Below are positions 30,535 through 41,137 of a stretch of DNA of 64,000 nt, piece after piece (position 1 is the stretch's first letter; each line of letters begins with the position of its first letter). The notes below the pieces were generated by a model. The model saw nothing but the letters and a program-made list of their open reading frames with translations, did no database searches and had not been told where the DNA came from. Location of the stretch: assembly GCA_023129165.1 (NCBI GenBank), contig JAGMCL010000111.1:201-64200 (forward strand). The letters are read 5' to 3'. A program made the position numbers and the translations under genes. The stretch is from a candidate division WOR-3 bacterium. GTDB lineage: Bacteria; Hydrothermota; UBA3073.

Positions 30535-31092
30535 TTATTCATAGTGTAGATAAATAGAAAACTTCTCAATACCCTTTCGAACGCCATCTGTAACTGCTCT
30601 TGATGATATAGTTGCTGCAGTAATGGCATCTATTGTGCCGCCATATGATTTCAATCGAATTTCCTCTAATTTTTTACACCTAAACTGGTCTAGAAAAAAT
30701 GCCTCAGTAATCTTCACACCAAGTCCAGGTGTCTCCTTCAGTCCTTCAGAAGGAGTTGCAGGTCTTATCGTTACTATAGTTGTATCAGTGGCTAAACCCA
30801 CGAGTGTCTCGATTGGTCCACCATATCCCTTTGGAAAGACCTTGAACAATATCCCAATTCGGTTCCCTGTAGAATCCAGAGCTGCCCAGAGTGTATCTTT
30901 AAGCAATGTATCTCCTTCAACTATATAATACGAGAAAGAGTGGGCTATAGGAAAAACTTCACGAAGTTGTTCGTCTAATTTTTCCTCGATACCTTCTTCA
31001 ATTATTGGTGTCGTGACAGTATATACATATGATAGAAGCGCTGCTGATGCCAGACATACAATTAGTAGTGATAAAATCATTTTAAGCTTCAT
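30535..31092 (-). CDS. rnfG: RnfG-like FMN-binding electron transport subunit
   Basis: N-terminal TM helix, GYGGPI, ETPGLG and flavinylation motif DAITAATISS. Confidence 0.85.
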   Translation of the reverse strand: MKLKMILSLLIVCLASAALLSYVYTVTTPIIEEGIEEKLDEQLREVFPIAHSFSYYIVEGDTLLKDTLWAALDSTGNRIGILFKVFPKGYGGPIETLVGLATDTTIVTIRPATPSEGLKETPGLGVKITEAFFLDQFRCKKLEEIRLKSYGGTIDAITAATISSRAVTDGVRKGIEKFSIYLHYE

Positions 31093-31114
31093 AATTCCTT
31101 CTTATCAAATTTTC

Positions 31115-31440
31115 GGTATTGTGCAAAATATTTTAACTAATTTCTCATAACCTATGGTTTTTAAAGCTGTTAACAATTTTTTGCTTGCCTCCCCCTAATT
31201 CTTGTAGGGGTCGGATTCCCGTCTACCCTGCCTACCGGCAGGCAGGCGTCGGGCGGGTATCCGACCCGTTTCTTTTACGGGTTCGATAAATCGAACCCGT
31301 ACATTTTTGCTTTCTTATTCTTTCTACTAACGGATTGTCCTCTATATACTTATGAATATATGGAGCTTATTTACGGGTTCGATAAATCGAACCCCTACAT
31401 TTTTGCTTTCTTATTCTTTCATATTCTATTTCACACTACC
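31115..31440 (-). mobile_element. REP-carrying MITE, copy B, with perfect 8-bp target duplication
   Basis: Ends GGTATTGTGCAAAATA and TATTTCACACTACC; AAATTTTC at 31107-31114 and 31441-31448; internal GTAG REPs, nested 20-mers and a RAYT fragment. Confidence 0.88.
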
Positions 31441-31864
31441 AAATTTTCTATATTTTGAGCAACTTAATTATACTTCTATTTTCTTGTAGATATATAGTAT
31501 CTTTGAAATATGTCTTAACTGTAATTTATTATACATCAAATATAGGAATTTGTCAACTGATTTTTTATTAAAAATTGGGTTTATTAACGTTAAAATTCTA
31601 TCTGTTTCTTATGTGATTCTTTCTTGGCAAAAGATGCAGAATAACAAAATACATATGGATTCATAGGTTGTTATAAATAGGTTGTTATAAATATGTAAAG
31701 AGTAAGAATTCAAGACGATTTAATCGTATCTGCCTGTTGGCAGATATAATATATCAACTAAATTGAAGAAGAACTGAATTTTTAAATATATAGATGGTAG
31801 ATATAAAAGGTGAAAGAGAAGATTATGGGTGATACTATGTAATATTTTTAATAAGTATTTACTT

Positions 31865-31892
31865 TTGGGGGGCACATCATAGTGCCCCCCAA
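31865..31892. terminator. GC-rich hairpin at the end of the cyclase gene
   Basis: TTGGGGGGCAC-ATCATA-GTGCCCCCCAA 8 nt after the stop codon; the U-tract on the minus strand is poor. Confidence 0.5.
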
Positions 31893-31900
31893 TTTTGTCT

Positions 31901-32716
31901 TTATGGACATATGGCAAATGCACGGGCAGGGAATCCATCTCCCTTAAATGGCTTAGGCCAACTTACTACAATAAGTGCACCTGCTTCAGGAACCAGGTCA
32001 AGATTTCTCAAAACCTCAATTTGCCAGTGTCCTTCAGCAAGAAGCCACTTTTCGACCGAACAACCAAGAGTATCAGTGTCCATAGCTTCATGGCCATTTG
32101 CAGTTATACCCCTTTCATCATAAAGGAACTGAATTGCCTCCATACCCCATGCAGGGAAAGGATATCTCTTGAAGTTGTCAAAGTTGCGTATATCCTTGTC
32201 TAACTGCCAGTCCTTATACATATCGCTTCTTAATGCCACGAAGGCTCCCTCTGGAATATTACCGTACTCTTTCTCCCATTCGAGGATGTCATCTACTGAG
32301 CACTGATGACTAGGTTCATCAACGAGTTTGTCAGTAATATCTATAACACAGAGGGGTAGAATCATCTCATCACATGGAATTTCATCGCAAGTTATATCGC
32401 AATCACAGAAGTGGCTGGGAGGGTCTACATGTGTTCCATATTGACCAACATGTGTATATATTGTAGCTCTGAAGAAATTATCAGTTGTTTCGCATGTCCA
32501 GAGATTGCCTTCTGCGTCCTTTGCGGGTTCAAACTTTGCCTGACCAAATCCCTCCCACACAGGAGTAGTCCCATCAAATGCATGTGTGAGGTCAACAAAT
32601 GTGGCAGTCTTTATCTGGGCATCATATAGTGCCCATAACCCAGGCTGCTTTGCCATACCAAACACTGACATGGCTATAAGTAATACTACTGCTACCAGTG
32701 TCACTTTTCTTGACAT
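31901..32716 (-). CDS. Cyclase family (kynurenine formamidase-like) metal hydrolase, exported
   Basis: VDLTH, QYGTHVDPPSHF, IE.L.NL and G.PAR; N-terminal signal peptide. Confidence 0.88.
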   Translation of the reverse strand: MSRKVTLVAVVLLIAMSVFGMAKQPGLWALYDAQIKTATFVDLTHAFDGTTPVWEGFGQAKFEPAKDAEGNLWTCETTDNFFRATIYTHVGQYGTHVDPPSHFCDCDITCDEIPCDEMILPLCVIDITDKLVDEPSHQCSVDDILEWEKEYGNIPEGAFVALRSDMYKDWQLDKDIRNFDNFKRYPFPAWGMEAIQFLYDERGITANGHEAMDTDTLGCSVEKWLLAEGHWQIEVLRNLDLVPEAGALIVVSWPKPFKGDGFPARAFAICP

Positions 32717-32801
32717 ACAACCTCCCTTTAAAAATAAACCCCAGCAAAAACATACCCCTATAAGAGTTTTTTTGAGATATCACCTCCCTTCAATGTGAGT
32801 T

Positions 32802-32897
32802 TTATTTAGACCTGGCTGCTCTTCTGAGACAGATTGCCAGGCCTCCATAAAGTACTATACAGCCAAATATTAACATTATTATAGCCGATACAGGCAT
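32802..32897 (-). CDS. MetS-like small subunit of NSS transporter (31 aa, absent from ORF track)
   Basis: MPVSAIIMLIFGCIVLYGGLAICLRRAARSK; SD GGAGG; directly after the NSS transporter stop codon. Confidence 0.8.
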   Translation of the reverse strand: MPVSAIIMLIFGCIVLYGGLAICLRRAARSK

Positions 32898-32900
32898 TTT

Positions 32901-34370
32901 TTATTCCTCCTTTCTTCCTATTTTTCCAAGAATAATGGATAATATTATAATAAGAACAAGAATACCCAATCCGGTAAAGATTGCCCATTTCGGATATCCT
33001 CCATAACCATAACGAATTAACTGATAAAGAGATGCAATAAATGACCATGCAAGTATCAGGGGAGTTACTATCATAATCATCACATCCCACCACTTCCCTA
33101 TCTTGAATTCTGAAACCTCGTTTGTGTACTCTCTTAATTTTCGAGATTTGTAAATATAACCTATTGCTACACACTCAAGAAATCCAACAAGTGTTAGACC
33201 GTAGGTGCAGGTAAAGTAGTCAGTAATGTCCAACCAGTGTATACCCCCACGGGTTGTAAATATGGAACCGATAAGAAAGCCGAATATACAGACAATAACC
33301 AATGTCTTATTTTTAGAGAAGTGCCACTTGTCAGTAAATCCAGCGACAAAGGGTTCTACCTGTGAGAATGCAGAATCTATCCCGAGGGTCAGGAGCAATA
33401 TAAAGAATAGAACACCGAAGAATTGAGCCCAGAATGGGAGCATCTGTATTATGAGTGGATAGGTTTCAAAAGCAAGGCCGAAACCACTACAGGCAATATC
33501 CGGTACGCCGACCCCCATTGCCTGTGCAAGATAACCCAGTGAGGAAAATACTGCAAAACCAGCGAAGAAGCTTGTTCCACAGTTCGCAAGTGACGTAATA
33601 TATGCATTATTCGTGATATCGGATTCCTTCTTGAGATAGCTTGAATAAACGATTAGTGTGCCCATTGCTAAGGATAGACTGAAGAATATCTGACCATAGG
33701 CTGCTAACCACACCTGGGGGTTCGCAAGGGCCTTAAAATTTGGTGTCAGATAGAATTTAAGACCCTCAATAGCTCCAGGTAGTGTAAGACCCCTGACAAC
33801 CATGATTATAAGGATAGCCCATGGGATTGTTACCGTCCAGAGAACGACCTTTCCAACGACCTTAACACCCTTGAATAAAATAAGATAGATTGCCAACCAT
33901 ACGATAGCAAGTGCAAAAAGTATTGGCCACCTTATTCCTCCAAGTATCCCGGGTCCTGCAGTTTGTTGAAGAAATAAATTACTGAAGAAATAACTTGTAT
34001 CTGTTCCCCATTGTAATGTCACAGAATGTACCGCATAGTTTAGGCTCCATGCCATTATTGTGGGGTAGAATAGAAATATTAGCATTACCACGAATAGTGA
34101 TAGCCATCCAATCCATTCCGTGCCTTTACTAACCAAAAAAGAGAAAGCAGATGGTGCTCCTGCCTGTGCCCTTCTTCCCATTGCATATTCCAATATCATG
34201 AGTGGTATGCCGGCGGTAATTAAAGCTATAAAATATGGAATAAGAAATGCGCCGCCGCCATTAGCATAACATATATAGGGGAATCTCCAAACGTTACCAA
34301 GACCGATGGCTGCTCCTATGGATGCCAGGATGAAGCTTGACCTGTTCCCCCATCTTTCCCTAATTTCCAT
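32901..34370 (-). CDS. Sodium-dependent transporter, NSS (SNF) family
   Basis: GAAIGLGNVWRFPY..GGGAFLIPY, QIFFSLS and LGIDS. Confidence 0.95.
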   Translation of the reverse strand: MEIRERWGNRSSFILASIGAAIGLGNVWRFPYICYANGGGAFLIPYFIALITAGIPLMILEYAMGRRAQAGAPSAFSFLVSKGTEWIGWLSLFVVMLIFLFYPTIMAWSLNYAVHSVTLQWGTDTSYFFSNLFLQQTAGPGILGGIRWPILFALAIVWLAIYLILFKGVKVVGKVVLWTVTIPWAILIIMVVRGLTLPGAIEGLKFYLTPNFKALANPQVWLAAYGQIFFSLSLAMGTLIVYSSYLKKESDITNNAYITSLANCGTSFFAGFAVFSSLGYLAQAMGVGVPDIACSGFGLAFETYPLIIQMLPFWAQFFGVLFFILLLTLGIDSAFSQVEPFVAGFTDKWHFSKNKTLVIVCIFGFLIGSIFTTRGGIHWLDITDYFTCTYGLTLVGFLECVAIGYIYKSRKLREYTNEVSEFKIGKWWDVMIMIVTPLILAWSFIASLYQLIRYGYGGYPKWAIFTGLGILVLIIILSIILGKIGRKEE

Positions 34371-34539
34371 AGTCCCTCCTATTGCAGTTGAAACTATTTA
34401 AAACTTTAACCAAAGATTAACCGTGTTAAATATTTACAAAATTAAGTATAAGTAATCATCTTTAGAAAGTTTTATATAATATTATAATAGTTTTTTATAA
34501 AAAAGTCAAGAAAAAAATTTTTACTTTAATGAATTAGCA

Positions 34540-36351
34540 TTAGATGTCTTTACATTCAAGCTTGAGCTCTTTGAGTTTTTTCTCTGTTGGAATACCATTC
34601 CTATCCCATTCTCTAAGATTATAATACTCATTAAGCATGGTATCGAGTGTCTCTTGTGATATATATTGCCCTTTTGCTGGTCCAGCAGGAATGGGCTCTT
34701 CCATACATCTTGGTGCTAATGTGTCATCTTTTCTTGATATTCCCTCTCTTACAGCAAGCATCCTTGTTAGGTTCCAGATTCTTTCTCCTGCATGTACATA
34801 TTCTTCCGGTGTAAATTCCAAACCTGTGCAATAGGTAAGTAGATTGGCAAAATCTTCCTCAGAGAAGGGCATAAAATCACAAAGGTCTGTAGAAAAACAA
34901 GCGGCACGCTCATCCTGGTTATATTTAACAAATTCTGCTCTTCCCTCTGTGCTGAATCTCTTGAGTTTACCATAAAGCTCTGCACGTGCTACCCATACCC
35001 TCTGATGGCATCCACCTCTATCTGCTGTTGCAAATGCAAGCGCCATACCATAAGATGCACGAGGGTCAACACCTGGAAGCTCGAGACCCTTGACATGTAT
35101 TGCATATCTTTTAGAATTTTTGCCAATTTCATCTGCGGCGATTCTTACACCATTTGCAAAAAGATCTCCAATTCCCTCTCTATAAGCTATAAGTTTTATA
35201 AACTCTATGAGTGCTTTACCATTGCCAAATTTTAAATCTATCTCTGGTTTTATTAAACCCTTTTCATAGCACTCCATTGCAAATCCTGCAGCATTACCAG
35301 CTGAGATTGCATCGATTCCTAAATCATTACACAGTATATGGGCATATGTTACCCATTCATATGAATCAATTAGGCAGTTGGGACCAAAAACTGCAACTGG
35401 TTCGTACTCTGGAGCCTCTAATTTTTTCCCCTTATATTCACCTGATTTTAGTACACTTAATTTAGTACAGGCTACAGGACATGCATAACAGGTTGTAGTT
35501 CCTGCCCATATATTCTCCTCCCATAATTTTTCTGGAACGAGACTGATGATCTGTGGCCATGCTATTCCGCTGTAGTTCTTAATAGGCAGTGTACCACCAT
35601 CTATTCCTTCCCATATACAAACGAGTGTTCCTAAGACATGTCTCTTTATGCGGTTTGGATGGGTGTGCAGAGAGCGATTTAGGTCTTTTACAAGTTTTTT
35701 GAATCTATCGGGGTGGGCATAAGAGGGTCTCTTATCTCCTGGTTCCACTACAATTGCCTTCAAATTTTTGGAACCCATTACTGCACCTGGTCCGCATCTT
35801 CCTGCCTGACGTCCGATATCGAAGGATATACATGCAAACTTAACGAGCTTTTCTCCAGCAGGTCCTATTACACCACAACTTGATTTTGGATACTTTTTCT
35901 TTAGTATCTCGTCGACTTCGAATACTGTTTTACACCATAGGTTTGAAGCATCCAATATCTCACAGGATTCGTCTTTAATATGTAGATAAACAGGTTCTTC
36001 AGATGCTCCATTAATTATTATTCCGTCGAAACCCGCAGTCTTAAGTTTCTGTCCAAAATAACCCCCGACGTGACCATCGGTGAATATTCCGGTCTCGGGT
36101 GATTTCGTTATCACTGAAAATCTGCCCGAAGATGGGGCTAGGGTACCTGTTAGTGGACCCGTCATAAGGATAAGTAGATTATCAGGACTAAGAGGAGGTG
36201 TCTTTGCAGGGACTCTATCCCAGAGAATCTTTGCACCATATCCCTTACCACCGATAAATAATTTTGCCAGTTCAGGGTCTATTTCTGTTATGGTTGTTTT
36301 CCTTGAGGTTAGGTCTACTTCTAATATTTTTCCCATGTATCCGCCTAACAT
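34540..36351 (-). CDS. Tungsten-containing aldehyde:ferredoxin oxidoreductase (AOR family)
   Basis: KSPETG, GR.G.GAVMGSKNLKA, CxxCxxxC, EYE, CNDLGID and RGGCH. Confidence 0.95.
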   Translation of the reverse strand: MLGGYMGKILEVDLTSRKTTITEIDPELAKLFIGGKGYGAKILWDRVPAKTPPLSPDNLLILMTGPLTGTLAPSSGRFSVITKSPETGIFTDGHVGGYFGQKLKTAGFDGIIINGASEEPVYLHIKDESCEILDASNLWCKTVFEVDEILKKKYPKSSCGVIGPAGEKLVKFACISFDIGRQAGRCGPGAVMGSKNLKAIVVEPGDKRPSYAHPDRFKKLVKDLNRSLHTHPNRIKRHVLGTLVCIWEGIDGGTLPIKNYSGIAWPQIISLVPEKLWEENIWAGTTTCYACPVACTKLSVLKSGEYKGKKLEAPEYEPVAVFGPNCLIDSYEWVTYAHILCNDLGIDAISAGNAAGFAMECYEKGLIKPEIDLKFGNGKALIEFIKLIAYREGIGDLFANGVRIAADEIGKNSKRYAIHVKGLELPGVDPRASYGMALAFATADRGGCHQRVWVARAELYGKLKRFSTEGRAEFVKYNQDERAACFSTDLCDFMPFSEEDFANLLTYCTGLEFTPEEYVHAGERIWNLTRMLAVREGISRKDDTLAPRCMEEPIPAGPAKGQYISQETLDTMLNEYYNLREWDRNGIPTEKKLKELKLECKDI

Positions 36352-36390
36352 ATGCACCTCCGATAAGCTTGTTATCAATGTATAATAGTA

Positions 36391-36990
36391 TTAAATCACC
36401 CTTACAAATATCCAGATTATAAATATAATTGCTATTTCTATACTGTAGGCTAATCTCTCTTTTTTCTTAAAGGCTCTGTAGAGAACTTTTCCAAAGTTAT
36501 AACCAAACAAAGAGGTTATAGAGGCACCCAGTGCAGCCAAACTGCCATTTAGTCCTATATATTTTAATACCTTTGCAGATCCTCCATATGTCCAATAATG
36601 GTATCTGAAAAGATAGGTTATCGAAAATGCGAATATAACATATCCAAGCCAGGTTCCAAGTGCTCCGGATATCCAGATGGGTTTTTCTCGTTTAATTAGC
36701 TTTGCAATGATATCAAATCCCAGGCCTAAAGAGAGTATTGCTAAGAGATGGCAGTAATAAGGCCCAGCATTGATAAGTCTGAACAAGCAGGCAGTTACTG
36801 CTATGAGAGTGATGGAGCCAGGTCGAGAGACAAAAATAAAGGAAATTCCCAGGATACCGATTGCAATTATGGAGAGTATTATATCAGAGTAAGGGACATT
36901 AGCATTGTAAAGGGCACTGCCACCGATAGTCTCAAGAAATCCCCAAATAGAACCAAAGAAGACTATAAGAATAAGCTCTTTTCTGAACAT
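36391..36990 (-). CDS. Polytopic membrane protein, possibly ECF S-component-like
   Basis: Six or more hydrophobic helices; FGSIWG..E..G motif. Confidence 0.65.
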   Translation of the reverse strand: MFRKELILIVFFGSIWGFLETIGGSALYNANVPYSDIILSIIAIGILGISFIFVSRPGSITLIAVTACLFRLINAGPYYCHLLAILSLGLGFDIIAKLIKREKPIWISGALGTWLGYVIFAFSITYLFRYHYWTYGGSAKVLKYIGLNGSLAALGASITSLFGYNFGKVLYRAFKKKERLAYSIEIAIIFIIWIFVRVI

Positions 36991-37626
36991 TTAAGCCTCC
37001 AGTCTAATGTCAACTTTATATATTCTGTCTTCATCTATTTTGAGGGTTGATAAAAATCCAAGCAGGATATTTGTTAATGCATTTTTAACAAAAGAGTTTA
37101 AAGGAATTGTCTTTTCATTGATTTTAAGTCGGGTCATTTTATCTCTACCTTTTGACAACTTTTCAAGGAAATTTACAATATTTTTGATATCATCAGGATG
37201 AAATGTAGGTTTTTTTGTCTTTATTAAGAAATTACTTATTATTGCAATAGAGTCTTTTATCCTGGGTTTCTCACTTATACCTATCCTTAGTAATTCAATC
37301 TTTTTTACTGCCTTTGCCCTTTTATAACCCTCGATAAGTACAAAATCGCAGTCTGAGAGATGGTTGATAGCAAGGTCTTCGAGTTTGTTTTCGTCTGTTG
37401 ATTTTTTTATTAATCCAATCTCGTTTGGACTACTTAAAACCACTCCCCTTGCTCCACTTTTTCTGAATTTAAATGAGTCCTTGTCAGGAGGGTCAAATTT
37501 GAATCCTCGAGGACAATGCTTTATACACCCAACCCTGTATCCCCTTTTATTTAGTTCAGTTATAAGTTGGTTTATAAGCCGTGTTTTCCCAGTATCAGAT
37601 ACACCTGTTATACCTATTAAAAGCAT
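36991..37626 (-). CDS. mobB: Molybdopterin-guanine dinucleotide biosynthesis protein B
   Basis: G.SDTGKT, IKH, D...KDS, IEGYK and C-terminal IPLN.FV extension. Confidence 0.9.
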   Translation of the reverse strand: MLLIGITGVSDTGKTRLINQLITELNKRGYRVGCIKHCPRGFKFDPPDKDSFKFRKSGARGVVLSSPNEIGLIKKSTDENKLEDLAINHLSDCDFVLIEGYKRAKAVKKIELLRIGISEKPRIKDSIAIISNFLIKTKKPTFHPDDIKNIVNFLEKLSKGRDKMTRLKINEKTIPLNSFVKNALTNILLGFLSTLKIDEDRIYKVDIRLEA

Positions 37627-37656
37627 TTCTTGACTTTATCCAAACTCCCAAATACG

Positions 37657-37794
37657 AGATTGCGAAGTTTATTCTGAGCAATAGCGAGGAATCTTCCTCA
37701 GAGAAGAAATCTAATTTTTACTTCGTTGAGATTCTATGGTAGGAGCAGGTTTCTACCTGCGATTATAGGTCGCAACCAGGAGGTTGTTCCTACC
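37657..37794. repeat. REP doublet and palindromic arm
   Basis: GGTAGGAGCAGGTTTCTACCTGCGA..TCGCAACCAGGAGGTTGTTCCTACC at 37738-37794; GAGATTGC arm at 37657. Confidence 0.7.
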
Positions 37795-37905
37795 TTCAGA
37801 AGATATATTATGTAAAAGAGCAATAGGAACTTTATAAAGGAGTGACAGTGTTTACTTAGTAGTTTAATGTCTAAAGTCTTATGTCTTTTATCTGGATATT
37901 TTACT

Positions 37906-38940
37906 CTATTTAATAGTCGTCTGATGGATACTGATCAAGTCGTTTAGAAGTGAAAACCCGGTTTCTATACGACCTGCGCCTGGTCCAGATATAGTAACAC
38001 AATCAAGAGCATCAGTCTTGAATACAATTGCATTATTAACTCCAGAGATATGGAATAGAATATCACTCTCTTCAACCTTTTCTGGTGAAACACGTGCATT
38101 TACTTTTCCATTCTTCTTACATGCCCTGGCAATTAGTTTATACCTTTTATTTTCTCTTTTTGCCTGCTGGATATCAGATTGAGTAATGTTAGTAATACCC
38201 TTTCTTTCTACATCAGAGACCTTTATATCAGCACCCATCACCACATTTGAGAGTATGACAATCTTTGCAAGGGCGTCCCAACCCTCAACGTCGGCATCAG
38301 GCTTTGTTTCAGCATAACCAAGGCGTTGTGCTTCCTTAAGAACCTCAGCGTAGTTCCTACCTTCATCCATCTTAGTGAATATATAATTTGTAGTACCGTT
38401 GACTATCCCTCTTATCTCAGTGATATCTGCACCAGCAAGAGTGGAAAGGCTCAAATTTAGTGCAGGTGTACCGCTCAGCACAGTTCCTTCAAATTTAAGA
38501 ATCTTGTTATTTTCTGTTGCAAGTTTATTGAGCTCTCTATAATGAAGTGCTATTGGCCCCTTATTAGTGGTTATCACATGTTTACCTTCCTGTAATGCTG
38601 TTCTTATAAATGTAGTTCCCGGGTCTCCAGTATCAAGATTAGTTGGTGTGATCTCTGCGATTATATCTGCACCAGTTTCTTTTATTGTCTTCAAACTATC
38701 CCATCCCTTATTGCCACTTGAATAACCATTGATATTACCATCCTTCTTTACAAGTGATAATATCTCCAGCAAATCGAGACCTTCATCATGGTATACACTT
38801 CCCTTTACTGGATCAGATATCGCCACAACTTCATACTCCAGGGTGTATTTATTCTTCAGGTAAGTTCTCTTTTCTCTAAGAAGTTCTACAAAGCCCTGAC
38901 CAACAGTGCCCAATCCAATTATAGCAATTCTAAAACTCAT
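37906..38940 (-). CDS. hom: Homoserine dehydrogenase
   Basis: GLGTVG, TTNKGP, FEGTV, NGTTNYI, GYAE.KP..DVEG.D and GPGAG. Confidence 0.95.
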   Translation of the reverse strand: MSFRIAIIGLGTVGQGFVELLREKRTYLKNKYTLEYEVVAISDPVKGSVYHDEGLDLLEILSLVKKDGNINGYSSGNKGWDSLKTIKETGADIIAEITPTNLDTGDPGTTFIRTALQEGKHVITTNKGPIALHYRELNKLATENNKILKFEGTVLSGTPALNLSLSTLAGADITEIRGIVNGTTNYIFTKMDEGRNYAEVLKEAQRLGYAETKPDADVEGWDALAKIVILSNVVMGADIKVSDVERKGITNITQSDIQQAKRENKRYKLIARACKKNGKVNARVSPEKVEESDILFHISGVNNAIVFKTDALDCVTISGPGAGRIETGFSLLNDLISIHQTTIK

Positions 38941-38980
38941 TCTACCTCCTGGTATAATCTTCGGTAGCGTGCAAAATCTA

Positions 38981-39255
38981 ACCACAGAGAGCACAGAGAA
39001 TCTTTAGTATTAAGGGATAGATTTATATTCCTCCCCTCTGTGACCTCTTATTAATCTCAAGATCCATTCCACAGGATATGTATGGAAAGGATACGGAATC
39101 TCACAGATAAGACTAATCTTTTATCACATCTTTTAACTTTTTTACGTTGAATGGTATTTAATAGCACAGGCAATTATCTTTTCTATTATACCATTCTGGA
39201 GAAATTCTTTTGGAGAGCACAGAGAATTAAATTTACTCTGTGACCTCTGTGGTTT
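38981..39255. repeat. CACAGAG/CTCTGTG 9-nt-period dispersed repeats in inverted pairs
   Basis: ACCACAGAGAGCACAGAGAA..CTCTGTGACCTCT (38981-39047) and GAGAGCACAGAG..CTCTGTGACCTCTGTGG (39213-39253); homologous to 20403-20498. Confidence 0.7.
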
Positions 39256-39331
39256 TTCATATTCTTTCATATTATTTTTCACAGTATCTAATATTCATTA
39301 TATTAGACATCCTGATATTTATAGGATGTCT

Positions 39332-40240
39332 TTATATTTGGGTTATGCCAATATTACTTGATTTAGTAATTAGAATTTCCTTCTCAGTTTCTATTAGTTC
39401 TTTCTCAAAAATAGTAGCTATTTCCTCTCTTTTTTCCTTTTCACATATTGCAAAAATAGATGAACCACCACCAGATATATTGCATCCATATGCACCTGCA
39501 TAAAGAACTCTCCTCTTGACATTTTCATATCCTGGAATTGATTTTGCTCTTGCTGGTTCTGATAAACAGTCTTTATTTACGAATCTTCCAATATCTTTCA
39601 AATTACCTGATTCGATTGCATGAATCAAAGCCGAACAGCAACTTATTTGGTTTTTTAACTCTTTCAATGTATATCTTTTTTTTATAAGACCTCTGGTTGT
39701 GGTAAGTTTCTTTTTAATAATAGAAATTACTATAGGTATATCAGGTACCTCAAATTTTGTAACATCCATGGGTTTAAAACATCTTACAAGGATAAATCCT
39801 CCAAGCAAACACGCTGCAGCATTATCTGCATGAGGTTGCCCACCCGTTATCCTCTCTGCACTGCTTGCTATCTCAATAATTTCATTGTAGTTGAGATTTA
39901 GTGATAGCATCTGATTAAGGCCATATGCTGTTGCAGAGGCGGATGCACCAGATGAGCCAAGACCTGAGCATGTTTTAATGCCCTTTTTTATATTGATTTC
40001 CACACCCTGAGGTTTTCCAAGCCTTTGTAGAAGATTTATAGCAGCGAGACCAGCTGTATTTCTTTTTACCTCAGTGGGAACTTCCCATTTACCTGCTTCA
40101 ATATTTATAACAACAGAATTGTTTTGGGATAAAGATATTCTGAATTCATCATATGGTTTCTCTAAAGCGAGAGCAAAGATGTCAAACCCGGGACCAAAAT
40201 TCGCTATTGTGGCAGGTGCTCTAACTACGATCTCTCTCAA
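39332..40240 (-). CDS. thrB: Homoserine kinase
   Basis: PATIANFGPGFD, GLGSSGAS, HADN and ISGGG. Confidence 0.93.
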   Translation of the reverse strand: MREIVVRAPATIANFGPGFDIFALALEKPYDEFRISLSQNNSVVINIEAGKWEVPTEVKRNTAGLAAINLLQRLGKPQGVEINIKKGIKTCSGLGSSGASASATAYGLNQMLSLNLNYNEIIEIASSAERITGGQPHADNAAACLLGGFILVRCFKPMDVTKFEVPDIPIVISIIKKKLTTTRGLIKKRYTLKELKNQISCCSALIHAIESGNLKDIGRFVNKDCLSEPARAKSIPGYENVKRRVLYAGAYGCNISGGGSSIFAICEKEKREEIATIFEKELIETEKEILITKSSNIGITQI

Positions 40241-41115
40241 ATTAACCTCTTTTCATTCAGTACATTTTTCAGAATCTCTCTCTTTGGTTGGCTCAATCTT
40301 GTGAGAGGTAACCGAAGTCCACCTGCAGGTAGTCTCATTAAATTCAAAGCCTCCTTACAGGCCATAGGATTTGTCTCCATCCTGAGGGCTTCAAATAAGT
40401 TGTAGTATTTATAATGGAGTTCCCTTGCTTTATCTATTTCTCCTGTGAGACTATATTCGGTTATATTCTTCATAACGTCGGGTATGACATTGCCGGCAAC
40501 AGTAAATACACCCTTTCCACCAAATGAAAGTAGGGGATAGGCAGTTACGTCCTTTCCTGTAAATACATCGAAATCATTATTCTCTGTCAGGTATACAACC
40601 TTGGACAAGTGTCTCATATCACAGTTTCCATCTTTAGTAGCAATTATATTGGGATGCTCAGCCAATTTAGCTGTTCCTTCAGGCGAGAGATTCCTTAAGA
40701 CCCTTCCTGGTGAGTTATGCATTATAATAGGAATTTTCGACTCATCAGCAACATGCTTATAGAAGGAGATAATACCTTCCTCTGTAGGTAAAATCAGGTA
40801 AGGAACATATACGGCAGCATAATCACATCCAAGATCATAAAATAATTTAACTCTTTCAAGAGTTTTTTCCAGACCCATTGTACAGGTGTCAGGAATAACT
40901 TTTGTTTTGCCGTTTACTTCTTTAATTATAATTTCTATCACTCTTATTATTTCCTGATAAGATAGTAGTGTATTTTCACCGGTAACTCCAAGTGGTGCAA
41001 TTCCATGAATCCCTGCTTCTATTTGCCTTTTTACAAGTATCCGAAGTCCTTTTTCATCTAAAGATAAGTTTTCATCGAATGGTGTGATAAGTAATGTGTA
41101 GGCACCTGAAATCAT
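40237..41115 (-). CDS. dapA: 4-hydroxy-tetrahydrodipicolinate synthase family aldolase
   Basis: ITPF, LGVTGE, Schiff-base KD, ETNP..K..L and LRLPL; some catalytic positions are non-canonical. Confidence 0.75.
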   Translation of the reverse strand: MISGAYTLLITPFDENLSLDEKGLRILVKRQIEAGIHGIAPLGVTGENTLLSYQEIIRVIEIIIKEVNGKTKVIPDTCTMGLEKTLERVKLFYDLGCDYAAVYVPYLILPTEEGIISFYKHVADESKIPIIMHNSPGRVLRNLSPEGTAKLAEHPNIIATKDGNCDMRHLSKVVYLTENNDFDVFTGKDVTAYPLLSFGGKGVFTVAGNVIPDVMKNITEYSLTGEIDKARELHYKYYNLFEALRMETNPMACKEALNLMRLPAGGLRLPLTRLSQPKREILKNVLNEKRLI

Positions 41116-41137
41116 AAAACCTCCTATCGTTTGTCTA

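Noticed and set aside
31663-31692. 15-bp tandem duplication ATAGGTTGTTATAAA
   Set aside because: Only two copies in AT-rich DNA; simple slippage is sufficient.
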